Shown one piece after another: positions 9,806-19,070 of a stretch of 64,000 nucleotides of DNA (its first letter is position 1; each line of letters begins with the position of its first letter). The translations under genes were made by a program, and so were the position numbers. This stretch comes from an uncultured Bacteroidia bacterium (GTDB lineage Bacteria > Bacteroidota > Bacteroidia > Bacteroidales > UBA932): contig CADBAY010000005.1 of assembly GCA_902792815.1 (NCBI GenBank), forward strand, positions 44,504-108,503. Reading direction: 5' to 3'. The notes beneath the pieces were generated by a model. It had not been told where the DNA came from. It saw only the letters and a program-made list of their open reading frames with translations, and did no database searches.

Positions 9806-12247
9806 ATGAAAACACTCAAAAGATTATTGCTCTTAGCGGCCTTGTGGGCCATTATCTGCCCCGTAAGTCTTGAGGCTAAGGACCTTACGTCCGTCAAGGC
9901 CTCCGTCAAGAAGGGCAAGATACTCCTGGAACTGCCGGATTCCCTTCTGGGCAGGACCTGGGCCATGGCCTCCACGGTCAGGGCAATAAGCGACAGCCGT
10001 CTTGGAACCGTGGGCCTTAAAGATGTAAACGGGCTCAATTTCTACACTTTCGAGAAGGTTGACAGCACCATCAGGCTCAAGGAGGTGTCGTTCGATTTCT
10101 CATCATCCGACGGCAATATACTTAAGGCTCTGTCGGACAGCCATATAGGGGCTACTGTCGAAAAGTTTGACATCAAATCCACAAGCGACGAAGGGCGCTA
10201 TGTGGTAGATGCCACCGGCTTCTTCCTCTCGGACAAAAAAGAGCTCGACCCTACTGAGCATAACCCGCTTGCCCGGGAGACCGTAAAGAAAAGCTACAAA
10301 AAGGACCTTTCCTACATAGCCGGGGCCAAGAGCTTTGACGATAATTTCTCCGTTGCGGTAAGCCGCACCTACACATATGAAGTAAAAAAGAAGGAGACTC
10401 CTCTGACCGTCGAGACCGTAACGTCTTTCCTGCTGCTGCCGGAAGAGATCTATCACCCCAGAATCGCCGACCCCAGAATCAACTTCTTCTTTACCCGAAG
10501 AGCCATGGTGGAGGACCTCAATTCCACGAGCAAGGACGTATGGTTCGTTAACAGGTGGCGCCTGGAGCCCTCCGACACTGCCGCATACAGAAGGGGAGTG
10601 GCGGTTGAGCCCGTGAAGCCGGTCACCTTCTGGATAGACAATAATTTCCCCGAGTGGTGGAAGCCTTATATATTCGATGCCGTCCTGCAGTGGAACGAAG
10701 TGTTCGAGACCATCGGATTCAAGAATGCCATACGGGCATTGCCCTTCCCCGAAGACGATCCCGAGTTCGATCCGGAAAACATTCGCTACAACTGCATACG
10801 CTATGCTCCGGTGTCGGTCCAGAACGCTATGGGCCCCTCCTGGACGGACCCTCGCAGCGGCGAGATTATCAACGCCTCCGTATGGGTGTGCCACGACGTT
10901 ATCAAGCTCCTTAGCGTGTGGATGTTCGTCCAGACCGCACAGGCCGACCCGGCGGTGCGTAGTGCCGACATCCCCAAGGAGGTCCTTGGCGATGCCCTGA
11001 CCTATGTGTTGCGCCACGAGGTGGGGCATACCCTGGGCCTGATGCACAATATGAGTGCGTCCACCTGCTTCTCGATTGAGCAGCTGCGCGACCCTGAATT
11101 CACTCAGGAAAATGGCACGACTGCATCCATCATGGACTATGCCCGCTTCAACTATGTGGCCGAGCCGGGTGACAAGGAGCGCGGCGTCAGGCTCAGTCCT
11201 CCCAAGTTTGGGAAGAATGATTATTGGGCGATACGCTGGGGTTACACTCCGGTTTTCGACGCCTCAAGCTTTGAAGAAGAAACCAAAATCACTGCCGGCT
11301 GGATCACGGACTCGGTGGCAGTGTCTCCGATCTACCGCTACGGCAAGCAGCAGATGGGTATGTTCTTCGACCCCAGGTGCCAGACCGAGGACCTGAGCGA
11401 TGATGTGTTCGCCGCATCTGATGCCGGGGTCCGTAACTTGAAATATATTATGTCCGGATTCTTGGACTGGATTTCCGACGAGAGCGATCCGGATATGAAA
11501 TACCGGACGGAACTGTATCTGGGCATCGTAAACCAGTATCTGCGTTATGCCGGACATCTAATGCATAATATCGAAGGCTTGTACCGCAATGAGACCGTCC
11601 CCGGCGACGGGTTCAAACGCTTTGAAAACGTGCCCCGGGACGTTCAGGAGAGGGCTCTTGACGATGTGTTCAAGATGTATTCCGACCTTGATTGGCTTGA
11701 AGACAAGGCCGTGCTGGGCCGGCTCCCCATAGTCGGATCGCCCGTGGACAACGTGCGCCGCAGCATCGCCCAGAACCTGATGGGCAAGGTGTTCGCCGCC
11801 GGTATGATCGACGGCATCGACACAGAAGAACTGCCGGTCAAGGATCTGATGGACATGCTGTTCGACCGTGTATGGAAACCGACTCTCAAAGGCCGTGCTC
11901 TTACCGACGGAGACAGGCTTTTCCAGCGCGTTTATGTGGAATCGCAGATGAATATGGTAGGCTACAAGAATCCGGCGGATAGCGAAAAGAAGGATGCCTT
12001 CCACGAGCATGACGACCATATCTGCGATATCCTTGATCCGCACTCTCCCATGGGAAGCATCCGCTATGACGAGATCTCCGGCTTCGAGTGGGATCCGCGC
12101 AGTTTCGGCGGCGGCCACATAAGCAGGTCGACCGTTTATGCCGAACTGATGAGAGTCCGCAAGCTGATAGGGAACAAGACCGGAAAAGGTGAGGACAAGG
12201 GGCATTACGCGCTCCTTCGGAGTATAATCGATTACAGCGTGAGATAA
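9806..12247 (+). CDS. Secreted zinc-dependent metalloprotease (DUF5118/DUF5117/DUF4953 Met-zincin type)
   Basis: HEVGHTLGLMHN (HExxHxxGxxH) at 11015-11047, Met-turn ASIMDY, ADPRINFF, GPSWTDPRSGEII; signal peptide. Confidence 0.92.
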   Translation: MKTLKRLLLLAALWAIICPVSLEAKDLTSVKASVKKGKILLELPDSLLGRTWAMASTVRAISDSRLGTVGLKDVNGLNFYTFEKVDSTIRLKEVSFDFSSSDGNILKALSDSHIGATVEKFDIKSTSDEGRYVVDATGFFLSDKKELDPTEHNPLARETVKKSYKKDLSYIAGAKSFDDNFSVAVSRTYTYEVKKKETPLTVETVTSFLLLPEEIYHPRIADPRINFFFTRRAMVEDLNSTSKDVWFVNRWRLEPSDTAAYRRGVAVEPVKPVTFWIDNNFPEWWKPYIFDAVLQWNEVFETIGFKNAIRALPFPEDDPEFDPENIRYNCIRYAPVSVQNAMGPSWTDPRSGEIINASVWVCHDVIKLLSVWMFVQTAQADPAVRSADIPKEVLGDALTYVLRHEVGHTLGLMHNMSASTCFSIEQLRDPEFTQENGTTASIMDYARFNYVAEPGDKERGVRLSPPKFGKNDYWAIRWGYTPVFDASSFEEETKITAGWITDSVAVSPIYRYGKQQMGMFFDPRCQTEDLSDDVFAASDAGVRNLKYIMSGFLDWISDESDPDMKYRTELYLGIVNQYLRYAGHLMHNIEGLYRNETVPGDGFKRFENVPRDVQERALDDVFKMYSDLDWLEDKAVLGRLPIVGSPVDNVRRSIAQNLMGKVFAAGMIDGIDTEELPVKDLMDMLFDRVWKPTLKGRALTDGDRLFQRVYVESQMNMVGYKNPADSEKKDAFHEHDDHICDILDPHSPMGSIRYDEISGFEWDPRSFGGGHISRSTVYAELMRVRKLIGNKTGKGEDKGHYALLRSIIDYSVR

Positions 12248-14637
12248 TGAAAAAGTTGTTTCTGACAATTCTTGCGCTGACCTTTGCTCTTGCGTTGCGT
12301 GGCGCTGACACCTATGAGACTTTTGTTTCCAAGGCCGGAATCAAAAGTGCGGGGGAGTGCATGCGTATCTATAAAGACGGCAGCAAGTATTGGATGGAGT
12401 TTCCTGATTCCCTCATGGGAAGGCGCGTCATTCTGTCTTCGTTCATGCGGAGTTCTTCGGGCTGGACGAGCTGCGGGACGGACATATCCGCCAGGGAAGT
12501 ATTTACCCTGTCCCGTACCGATTCGCTGCTTTTGTTCACCTCGCCTGTAGTGATGCCGGAATCGGACGAGGGCCCGCTCAAGCAAAGTCTGTCGCGCGGC
12601 ACTCTTGCTCCTGTGCGCTACGCCTTCCCCATAAAATACCGCAACGCTGATTCGACCTCCGTGGTGGTAGAGGTCACCAAGCTCTTCGATCCTTCCAACA
12701 AAGATGCCTTCAACCCTGCCAAAGTGCAGATTGACGGCAGCGCGATGGTAAACAAGGCAACGCCCAAGCCGGAGTTCACGCACTTCAAGGAGCTGGTCTC
12801 GTATCCGTCCAGCACCGGCGTGCTCCAGGGAATCACTTTCAAGGTTGCGCCCGAATACGATCTGGGCGGAAATATGCTCCAGGTTATCCAGGAGGAAATA
12901 ATGTCGGTGGATGGTGATGTAGCCACGATGCTGACCCTGGTGCCGGAAAGACCGGTCAAGGTAAGGGCTGCTGACCCGCGTATCGGCACGATTAATTCTT
13001 CCAGGAACGTTTTCTCCAGCGAGAAGGGAATACGCAAGGAAGATATTGTATCGCGTTGGGATATCTCCGGAGGAAAGAAGATAGTAGTCTATGTGGATAC
13101 CCTTTTCTCCGCCGTTCAGCGTGAGGCCGTGGCTAGGGGAATCCTCGTTTGGAACAAGACCTTCGAGGCTGCGGGGCTGGGGAGCGTGATAGAAGTGCGC
13201 CCCTTTGAAAAGGGCGTCGCTGTGGAGAATCCGCTGGTGAGCAAGGTGATGGCCGACGTGCACAGTTCGTCGGGCCGCATTTCCGTTTCGACCCTCTCCG
13301 ATCCGTCCACAGGTTTGGTTTCTGCTTGCAGTCTTACCGTGCCTGCCGGGATTCGCGAGTACTTCCGCCTGGACGGTCTGTTCGGCATTTCCGATGTCGA
13401 TCCCAGATGGCACGAATACGAAATCCCCGAAGATGCTTTCTGCGAGGCCCTCAGCGCCAGGATAATGCAGGCATTTGCCAGAGTCCTCGGGTTGAGCGCC
13501 AATTATGCCGGCTCTTATGCGTATTCTCCCGCCCAGCTGCGGGATCCTGAATTCACGCGCAAGAACGGTATCACCGCTTCTGTGACCGATGACGTGCTTT
13601 TCAATACGCTTGCACGCCCGGGCGACAAGGAAAGAGGCGTGGTGACGGTTATTAATCAGCCCGGGGCTTACGATTATATGGCCGTCGAATGGATCTATTC
13701 CCACCCGGGTGCCGCTTCGGACAAGGCGCTTGCCGACTCCCTTATACGCTCCAAAGCGGGAGATTCTTCTTTCATTTACCTTCCGTATGCCAATTATTCC
13801 TCCGATCCCAGGTGCTGCCGGGACGACCTGGGCAACGATCCGTTCGAGGAGTATGCAACCGCCATCGAAAGATTCAAGTACATCTCGGCCAACGTCCCTG
13901 ACTGGTATGAGAGCACGGTACCGCAGAACACAGGTTTCAGGACCGTGCTGGTGGAGCAGATCCTGCGTCACCATTGCACTGAACACAAGAAACTCGCAAG
14001 GCTGGTCGGTGGCCTGTATATTCAGGATATGTCAGCCGGCCCTAAATACATAGCCGTGGACAAGGAAGAGCAGAAAAAGGCGATGTCTTTATCCATCAAC
14101 GGCTTGAATCAATTGCAATACATCGATTCCAACAAGGAACTGCAGGCCTTCAGCGGTGCTTACAACGACTTCTCCACTCTGATGCGTATCAACGCACTCA
14201 CCCAGAACGCTATGCTCCCCAGGCTGAAATGGAGCGCTGTCGCGACCAAACTCGGAATAGATGAGTATCCTATAGGGGACTTGCTTTCGGACATAACGGA
14301 TGAGGTCACCCGTAACCTGCGTAAAGGATCCGTGCCGGAGGGGGAGGAATTCCTTGTGGAAATCTGGATGGTGCGCGGACTCATGCCCAGTATTCCGGCT
14401 TATGTGCAGAACCTGAAAGAATTCAACCATACTGCCGCGCAGCTCTATGTTCCTCTGCCGCTGACGGAAAGCCTTTACGGGACGGTGCTCGGGAATGCCT
14501 GCATGGCCGAGATGGACAGGCTCGGCGGCATCCTTAAGAAGAGCCTTAGGGCGGCTCACGGCCAATACGACAAGGACAGGATACGATATCTCCTCTCGCA
14601 GTTTGATGGAATGAAGAATACAAATACACAACCATAA
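12247..14637 (+). CDS. Paralogue of the preceding metalloprotease with a degenerate zinc site (pseudoprotease candidate)
   Basis: Shares ADPRIG, QLRDPEFT, PGDKERGV and DPRC..DDLG blocks with 9806-12247, but the zinc motif reads QAFARVLGLSAN. Confidence 0.8.
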   Translation: MKKLFLTILALTFALALRGADTYETFVSKAGIKSAGECMRIYKDGSKYWMEFPDSLMGRRVILSSFMRSSSGWTSCGTDISAREVFTLSRTDSLLLFTSPVVMPESDEGPLKQSLSRGTLAPVRYAFPIKYRNADSTSVVVEVTKLFDPSNKDAFNPAKVQIDGSAMVNKATPKPEFTHFKELVSYPSSTGVLQGITFKVAPEYDLGGNMLQVIQEEIMSVDGDVATMLTLVPERPVKVRAADPRIGTINSSRNVFSSEKGIRKEDIVSRWDISGGKKIVVYVDTLFSAVQREAVARGILVWNKTFEAAGLGSVIEVRPFEKGVAVENPLVSKVMADVHSSSGRISVSTLSDPSTGLVSACSLTVPAGIREYFRLDGLFGISDVDPRWHEYEIPEDAFCEALSARIMQAFARVLGLSANYAGSYAYSPAQLRDPEFTRKNGITASVTDDVLFNTLARPGDKERGVVTVINQPGAYDYMAVEWIYSHPGAASDKALADSLIRSKAGDSSFIYLPYANYSSDPRCCRDDLGNDPFEEYATAIERFKYISANVPDWYESTVPQNTGFRTVLVEQILRHHCTEHKKLARLVGGLYIQDMSAGPKYIAVDKEEQKKAMSLSINGLNQLQYIDSNKELQAFSGAYNDFSTLMRINALTQNAMLPRLKWSAVATKLGIDEYPIGDLLSDITDEVTRNLRKGSVPEGEEFLVEIWMVRGLMPSIPAYVQNLKEFNHTAAQLYVPLPLTESLYGTVLGNACMAEMDRLGGILKKSLRAAHGQYDKDRIRYLLSQFDGMKNTNTQP

Positions 14638-14647
14638 TAATATTTTT

Positions 14648-16813
14648 ATGAAAAAGTTTGTTTTACTGGCAGTTACAGCCCTGGTCGGGCTGACTGTCTT
14701 CTCCTGTAAGCAAAAGGAGATCGAACCCGAAGATGCCCTGAGTATCGCAGGGACTACCATCACGGTAGGGAAGGAAGCCGCAGCTCCGGTTGTGACTTTT
14801 ACTGCTAACAAGGCCTGGAAGGCCGAAAGCGATTCACAGTGGATCGTTCCCGACAAGACTTCCGGTGAGGCCGGCAACGTCTCTCTCAAGATCGCCGTTT
14901 CGGAAAACGACACCTGGGCCGAAAGAAGCGGAAAGGTGACCGTGTCCGTGGGCTCGGTGAAAACCGTTTTCACCATCGTGCAGGGCACAGAATCTATCAT
15001 GGAGTCTGCTTTTGCTTTCAGCATCTCTCCTGAAGCTCAGGATATTGCGATTCCTGTCAAGACCAATCTGCAGTACACCGTAACTCCTGCTGCGGATTCT
15101 CCCTGGATTACCGTGGTTTCAACAAAGGCCGCACCTCAGGAAGGAACTATCAAACTCCGTGTCACTGCCAATACCGAGCTTGCTCCCCGTACCGGCAGCT
15201 TCGTGGTCGCCGCTCCCGGCTATTCCCAGACCTATACCGTGGTCCAGGCCGCATCATGGACTCCGGCTAACAGTGCCGAGGCAATCTATATCGGCAACAG
15301 CCAGTCTATTTACAACAATGAAACCTATTCGGTCAACCTCCATCAGCAGTATGTAGTGAAACTGGCTACGGAAGGCGGAGACAAGGTCACGCTTGTTCTC
15401 AACAAGAAGGGTGAACTAAAAGACAATGTATTCGCATTCTTCTCTGCCGACAAAGTCCCTCAGGGTACTTTCGCAATCGATGCAACGGGCACTAAGGCGG
15501 ACAATACTTTCTCGATCATGTCTTCTACAGGCGAGGAAAAGTACTATACCGGACTCGTTGCCGACGGACGTGAAGTGGCTATATATGATGGCGAGATTGT
15601 AGTGGAAGAAGCCAACGGCAATTACACTGTTACAGCAGTTCTTGTAGATGCCGTCGGTGTCCAGCACAGCTATTCCTATGTAGGTGCTATCCCCATGTCT
15701 ACCGACTTCCGTGGCGGTGCTGCCAAGCTTAAATGGAATAACGCTTGTGATACCTACTTTACCACCAAAGCTAATGGCTGGGACATTTATTTCTATTTGC
15801 CTCGCAAGAACCCCGCTGTCAAAAATGAGGTGGCTTATTGCTCGTTCGATTTCTTCTCGGCTCCAGGGGAAGTGAGTCTCGATGAAATTCCTGCAGGGAC
15901 TTATACTTTTGGAGTTCCGGAAAATGATGCTGCTCTCACATACAAGATGGGTGTCCTGAAGGCTAATCCCGGACTCCTATCCAATGTGGGTATTTCTCTG
16001 TACAACGAGGCCGGCGGTTTTCTCTATACTGAGGTTGAAGCAGTGGGAACCGCGTTGACCATTACTAAGAATGCGGATGGAACCAGCAACTTCAAATATG
16101 CCGCAACCGTCAAGCCATATCAATATATTGATGGTCAGCCGGTTTACAGCGACCCTGTACAGGTGAGCATAGATATTGATGTGCCTGTTGGCAAGGCAAC
16201 TGACGAGACGACACATCCTCATGATGATGGCGATGACGTGTTTGTGTCGCTGGACGGCGCCGCCGGAACTGTATACGTCGGCTACTGGTTTGGCTCGCAT
16301 ATCGGTGTCATGGATGACGGAACTACTATGAAACCCGCCATTCCCGATACTCCTTGCGATGTTTTCTCCTTCGGTTCCAACTCCCATTTCAACGACGCCT
16401 GGACACTGCAAATGTCAGTCATTGCCCATGGTGGATATGTTTATGAGAAGAACTACGCCAACCGTTTTTGCTCTAATCCTGTTCCCGACGGCACTTATAC
16501 ATTCGGAACAGAAGCCAAAATAGGCGCTTTGATTCCCTTGATGAATGGTACAAAACCATGGTGCTATGCCCTGAACAACTATACTGGAACCACCTATTAC
16601 CCTGTGTCCGGATCGGTAACTCTTTCTAAGGGAACTATCTCGGTCGATCTGGTATGTAAGGCTACGGAAAAAGCCCTCACAGGCAAACCTTACAGCCCGG
16701 CAAGCGTGCATTTTACCGGAGGCTCAGCCTTCACTTGTTCCTATCTTCAGGATTATAGTGCAGTGAACCGTGTCAAGAATATCTCCATCAACTCTCCGGT
16801 TCCCGTTGAGTAA
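14648..16813 (+). CDS. BACON-domain surface lipoprotein
   Basis: Lipobox VFSC; two BACON-like repeats (WKAESDSQWI...RSGKVTV; PWITV...RTGSFVV); unassigned beta-rich C-terminus. Confidence 0.75.
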   Translation: MKKFVLLAVTALVGLTVFSCKQKEIEPEDALSIAGTTITVGKEAAAPVVTFTANKAWKAESDSQWIVPDKTSGEAGNVSLKIAVSENDTWAERSGKVTVSVGSVKTVFTIVQGTESIMESAFAFSISPEAQDIAIPVKTNLQYTVTPAADSPWITVVSTKAAPQEGTIKLRVTANTELAPRTGSFVVAAPGYSQTYTVVQAASWTPANSAEAIYIGNSQSIYNNETYSVNLHQQYVVKLATEGGDKVTLVLNKKGELKDNVFAFFSADKVPQGTFAIDATGTKADNTFSIMSSTGEEKYYTGLVADGREVAIYDGEIVVEEANGNYTVTAVLVDAVGVQHSYSYVGAIPMSTDFRGGAAKLKWNNACDTYFTTKANGWDIYFYLPRKNPAVKNEVAYCSFDFFSAPGEVSLDEIPAGTYTFGVPENDAALTYKMGVLKANPGLLSNVGISLYNEAGGFLYTEVEAVGTALTITKNADGTSNFKYAATVKPYQYIDGQPVYSDPVQVSIDIDVPVGKATDETTHPHDDGDDVFVSLDGAAGTVYVGYWFGSHIGVMDDGTTMKPAIPDTPCDVFSFGSNSHFNDAWTLQMSVIAHGGYVYEKNYANRFCSNPVPDGTYTFGTEAKIGALIPLMNGTKPWCYALNNYTGTTYYPVSGSVTLSKGTISVDLVCKATEKALTGKPYSPASVHFTGGSAFTCSYLQDYSAVNRVKNISINSPVPVE

Positions 16814-16830
16814 AGGATACTGAAAAAATC

Positions 16831-16875
16831 CAGGGGGCTGACTTAAGTATCATCTTAGTCAGCCCCTTGCTTTAT
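16831..16875 (+). terminator. Intrinsic terminator closing the SusC locus
   Basis: CAGGGGGCTGACTTAAG...CTTAGTCAGCCCCTTG long stem, with an A-tract upstream and CTTTAT downstream. Confidence 0.7.
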
Positions 16876-16929
16876 CTGTCAAGAGGGGCTTTTGAATAGT
16901 GCAAATAATTCGTTAACTTTATCGCACTT

Positions 16930-17466
16930 ATGAAAAAGCTTGTACTGTCAGTTTTTAGCATTTTGTTGTCGCTCCACCTTTTGGGGCAGACTTTTCGTCC
17001 GAACGAGGTCGGGATCAGTTATGGCCTGTATTCAAACTCTCAGTTATACACCCTGGTCTCCAATGTTTTCGGATCCGTCCTGTACAAAGACTATCACTCT
17101 TCCGCGACAGGAGCCATCGTGGCCGAGTATTACCGCGATCTGGGTGAACTTATATCTGTAGGCGGTGCGTTTGCATATTTCAATCTCTCCACTACGGAAA
17201 ACGAAAAGCAGAACAGTTACAACAACTTCAGCCTTATTCCTGCAGTCAAGTTCCACTGGTACAGGCGCGCCTGGTTCGGCTCATACTCCAAACTCGGTGC
17301 AGGTTTAACATTCCTGCCATGGCGCGAGGGCAAGGATAGATTCCAATTCAACTTTCAGGTTTCTTTCCTCGGCCTGGAAGCCGGCCCTGAATTCCTTCGC
17401 GCGTTCGCCGAAGTCGGTGTCGGGGAGCAAGGCATAGTTGTTGCGGGCCTTCGGTATAGGTTTTAA
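16930..17466 (+). CDS. Small outer-membrane beta-barrel protein
   Basis: Signal peptide, alternating amphipathic strands, C-terminal LRYRF; 178 aa. Confidence 0.7.
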   Translation: MKKLVLSVFSILLSLHLLGQTFRPNEVGISYGLYSNSQLYTLVSNVFGSVLYKDYHSSATGAIVAEYYRDLGELISVGGAFAYFNLSTTENEKQNSYNNFSLIPAVKFHWYRRAWFGSYSKLGAGLTFLPWREGKDRFQFNFQVSFLGLEAGPEFLRAFAEVGVGEQGIVVAGLRYRF

Positions 17467-17492
17467 TATTATTGTCAGCAAATACACAGAAT

Positions 17493-18104
17493 ATGAAAAA
17501 GGCAATCATTCTTTCTTTCTTCCTGTTGGCGGCAGTTTGTACTTTGCGCGCCCAGACCCCTCAAGACTACGACGCCCGCATCCAGCAGGACCAGGAGGCC
17601 CTGGACAATGCTTCCCGCCGTTATAAAGAGCAGTCACGCAAGAACAACCGCCAGATTGACCTTCTGGAGAACTCGATCTCCCGTGACCAGATGGAAATCG
17701 ACCGTCTCAAACCTGCACTTAAGTCGGCAAAAGAGATTCTGAAGGCCAACCAGGACCAGCTGAAGCTCCAGAAAAGCAAGGTCAAGGAGATGAAAAAAGC
17801 CGGTGCCACTTCCGCCGAGATCAAGCTCGCAAACATTGACACCAAGACTATCCAGGCCAAGATTCGTGACTCCAAGGCCGAGATCAAACGCATCGATAAT
17901 CAGATCAAGAAACGCAAGGCCAATATAAGCGAGTCGCGTAAAGGTATTGCTTCGCTGAAAAAAGACACCCGTAACGCCAAGAAGGACGTACAGCAGAGCA
18001 AGAAGAACCTGAGGGACAGCAAGAAGGCACAAAAACAAGCGGCCCAGCAGGAGGCTGCTGCAGCCGCTCAGCAAGAGGAGCCGGATACCCCGGTGGCCGA
18101 ATAA
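17493..18104 (+). CDS. Secreted Lys-rich coiled-coil hypothetical protein
   Basis: Signal peptide MKKAIILSF; heptad-rich K/Q/E helical sequence; no catalytic motif. Confidence 0.75.
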   Translation: MKKAIILSFFLLAAVCTLRAQTPQDYDARIQQDQEALDNASRRYKEQSRKNNRQIDLLENSISRDQMEIDRLKPALKSAKEILKANQDQLKLQKSKVKEMKKAGATSAEIKLANIDTKTIQAKIRDSKAEIKRIDNQIKKRKANISESRKGIASLKKDTRNAKKDVQQSKKNLRDSKKAQKQAAQQEAAAAAQQEEPDTPVAE

Positions 18105-19070
18105 CTATTTCTTGACCATAGCTTTAAGTAACTCCCGGTAGGGGAAACTGTACACTTTCCCTACGCCGTCGGAGTTGGCGGGGCATATCAACTTGTCTTC
18201 CCAGAGGTCGAAGTCTTCCGGCTCGCAGGGCATGGAAGAGGTAAAGTCAAAGTAACCGTATTTGTGCCCGGAGAGATCTGCATAGAACAACTCGTTGGGA
18301 TGCTCCTCCGTGCCCACTCCGCAGGGCAGGAACAGTACGCCGTCTTTGAGGAATGCTCCCTGCAGGATGGCATTCTGCGGCCCTCTGTGCCCCTCGGGGA
18401 GTAATTCGTCAAAATTGAACGATTCCAGCACATCCTCGTCGGTCAGAGAAACCAGGAAGCGGTCGGAGCTGAAGCGGGGAAAGTCGAAACTCTTGATGAC
18501 TATGTGGTTGAGGGGCTTTTCGTTACCAACGGTATTGCCGTAGCAGTAAATCTTATCAGGATGTGCGGCGTCGGCAATCCAGAGGCGGGAGTTCCATTCC
18601 TTTGGCGCATAGTGAACGAGCTGTACCAGCTCCGAGCCGAACGGCACTCCGTTCTCGTCGGCAAGAATACGCTCCACGAAAAGCAAGCGGCCGAGGGAAT
18701 CAGTCTCGGCAAGACCTATTTCCTCAACTGGTTTTTCCTTGCATTGCGAGATGTAAATAAGAGGGAAGCGGTCGGAGCTGTCGTACTTGTCGGGGCCGAA
18801 GAAAGCCACGTTGGCGTGATTATACTTGCCAGCCGATCCAAGAGGGAACTGCGATATGCTCTTGCGTTTGCGGAGGTCAAACACGTTGCACCATCCCTTA
18901 TCCTGCAGGCTGAAGAAATAGTCGCCTGACACGGCGCAGCCCTGCATATTCTTGATGTGCTCAAGCTCGGGATAGTCGGAAAGCGAGAACAAAAGCTCGG
19001 GCTCCGGTACATTAGTGCGTCCGCAGGCACACAGGGCCGACAGCGCGCATAGAATCAATATCTTCTTCAT
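18105..19070 (-). CDS. Hypothetical lipoprotein (possibly beta-propeller)
   Basis: Lipobox LCAC; ATGA overlap with GH2; MQGCAV...HAN..F motif seen in uncharacterised Bacteroidetes lipoproteins. Confidence 0.65.
   Translation of the reverse strand: MKKILILCALSALCACGRTNVPEPELLFSLSDYPELEHIKNMQGCAVSGDYFFSLQDKGWCNVFDLRKRKSISQFPLGSAGKYNHANVAFFGPDKYDSSDRFPLIYISQCKEKPVEEIGLAETDSLGRLLFVERILADENGVPFGSELVQLVHYAPKEWNSRLWIADAAHPDKIYCYGNTVGNEKPLNHIVIKSFDFPRFSSDRFLVSLTDEDVLESFNFDELLPEGHRGPQNAILQGAFLKDGVLFLPCGVGTEEHPNELFYADLSGHKYGYFDFTSSMPCEPEDFDLWEDKLICPANSDGVGKVYSFPYRELLKAMVKK

Noticed and set aside
2664-16813. Possible genomic island integrated at the tRNA
   Set aside because: No integrase, no duplicated tRNA 3' end and no mobility genes were found.
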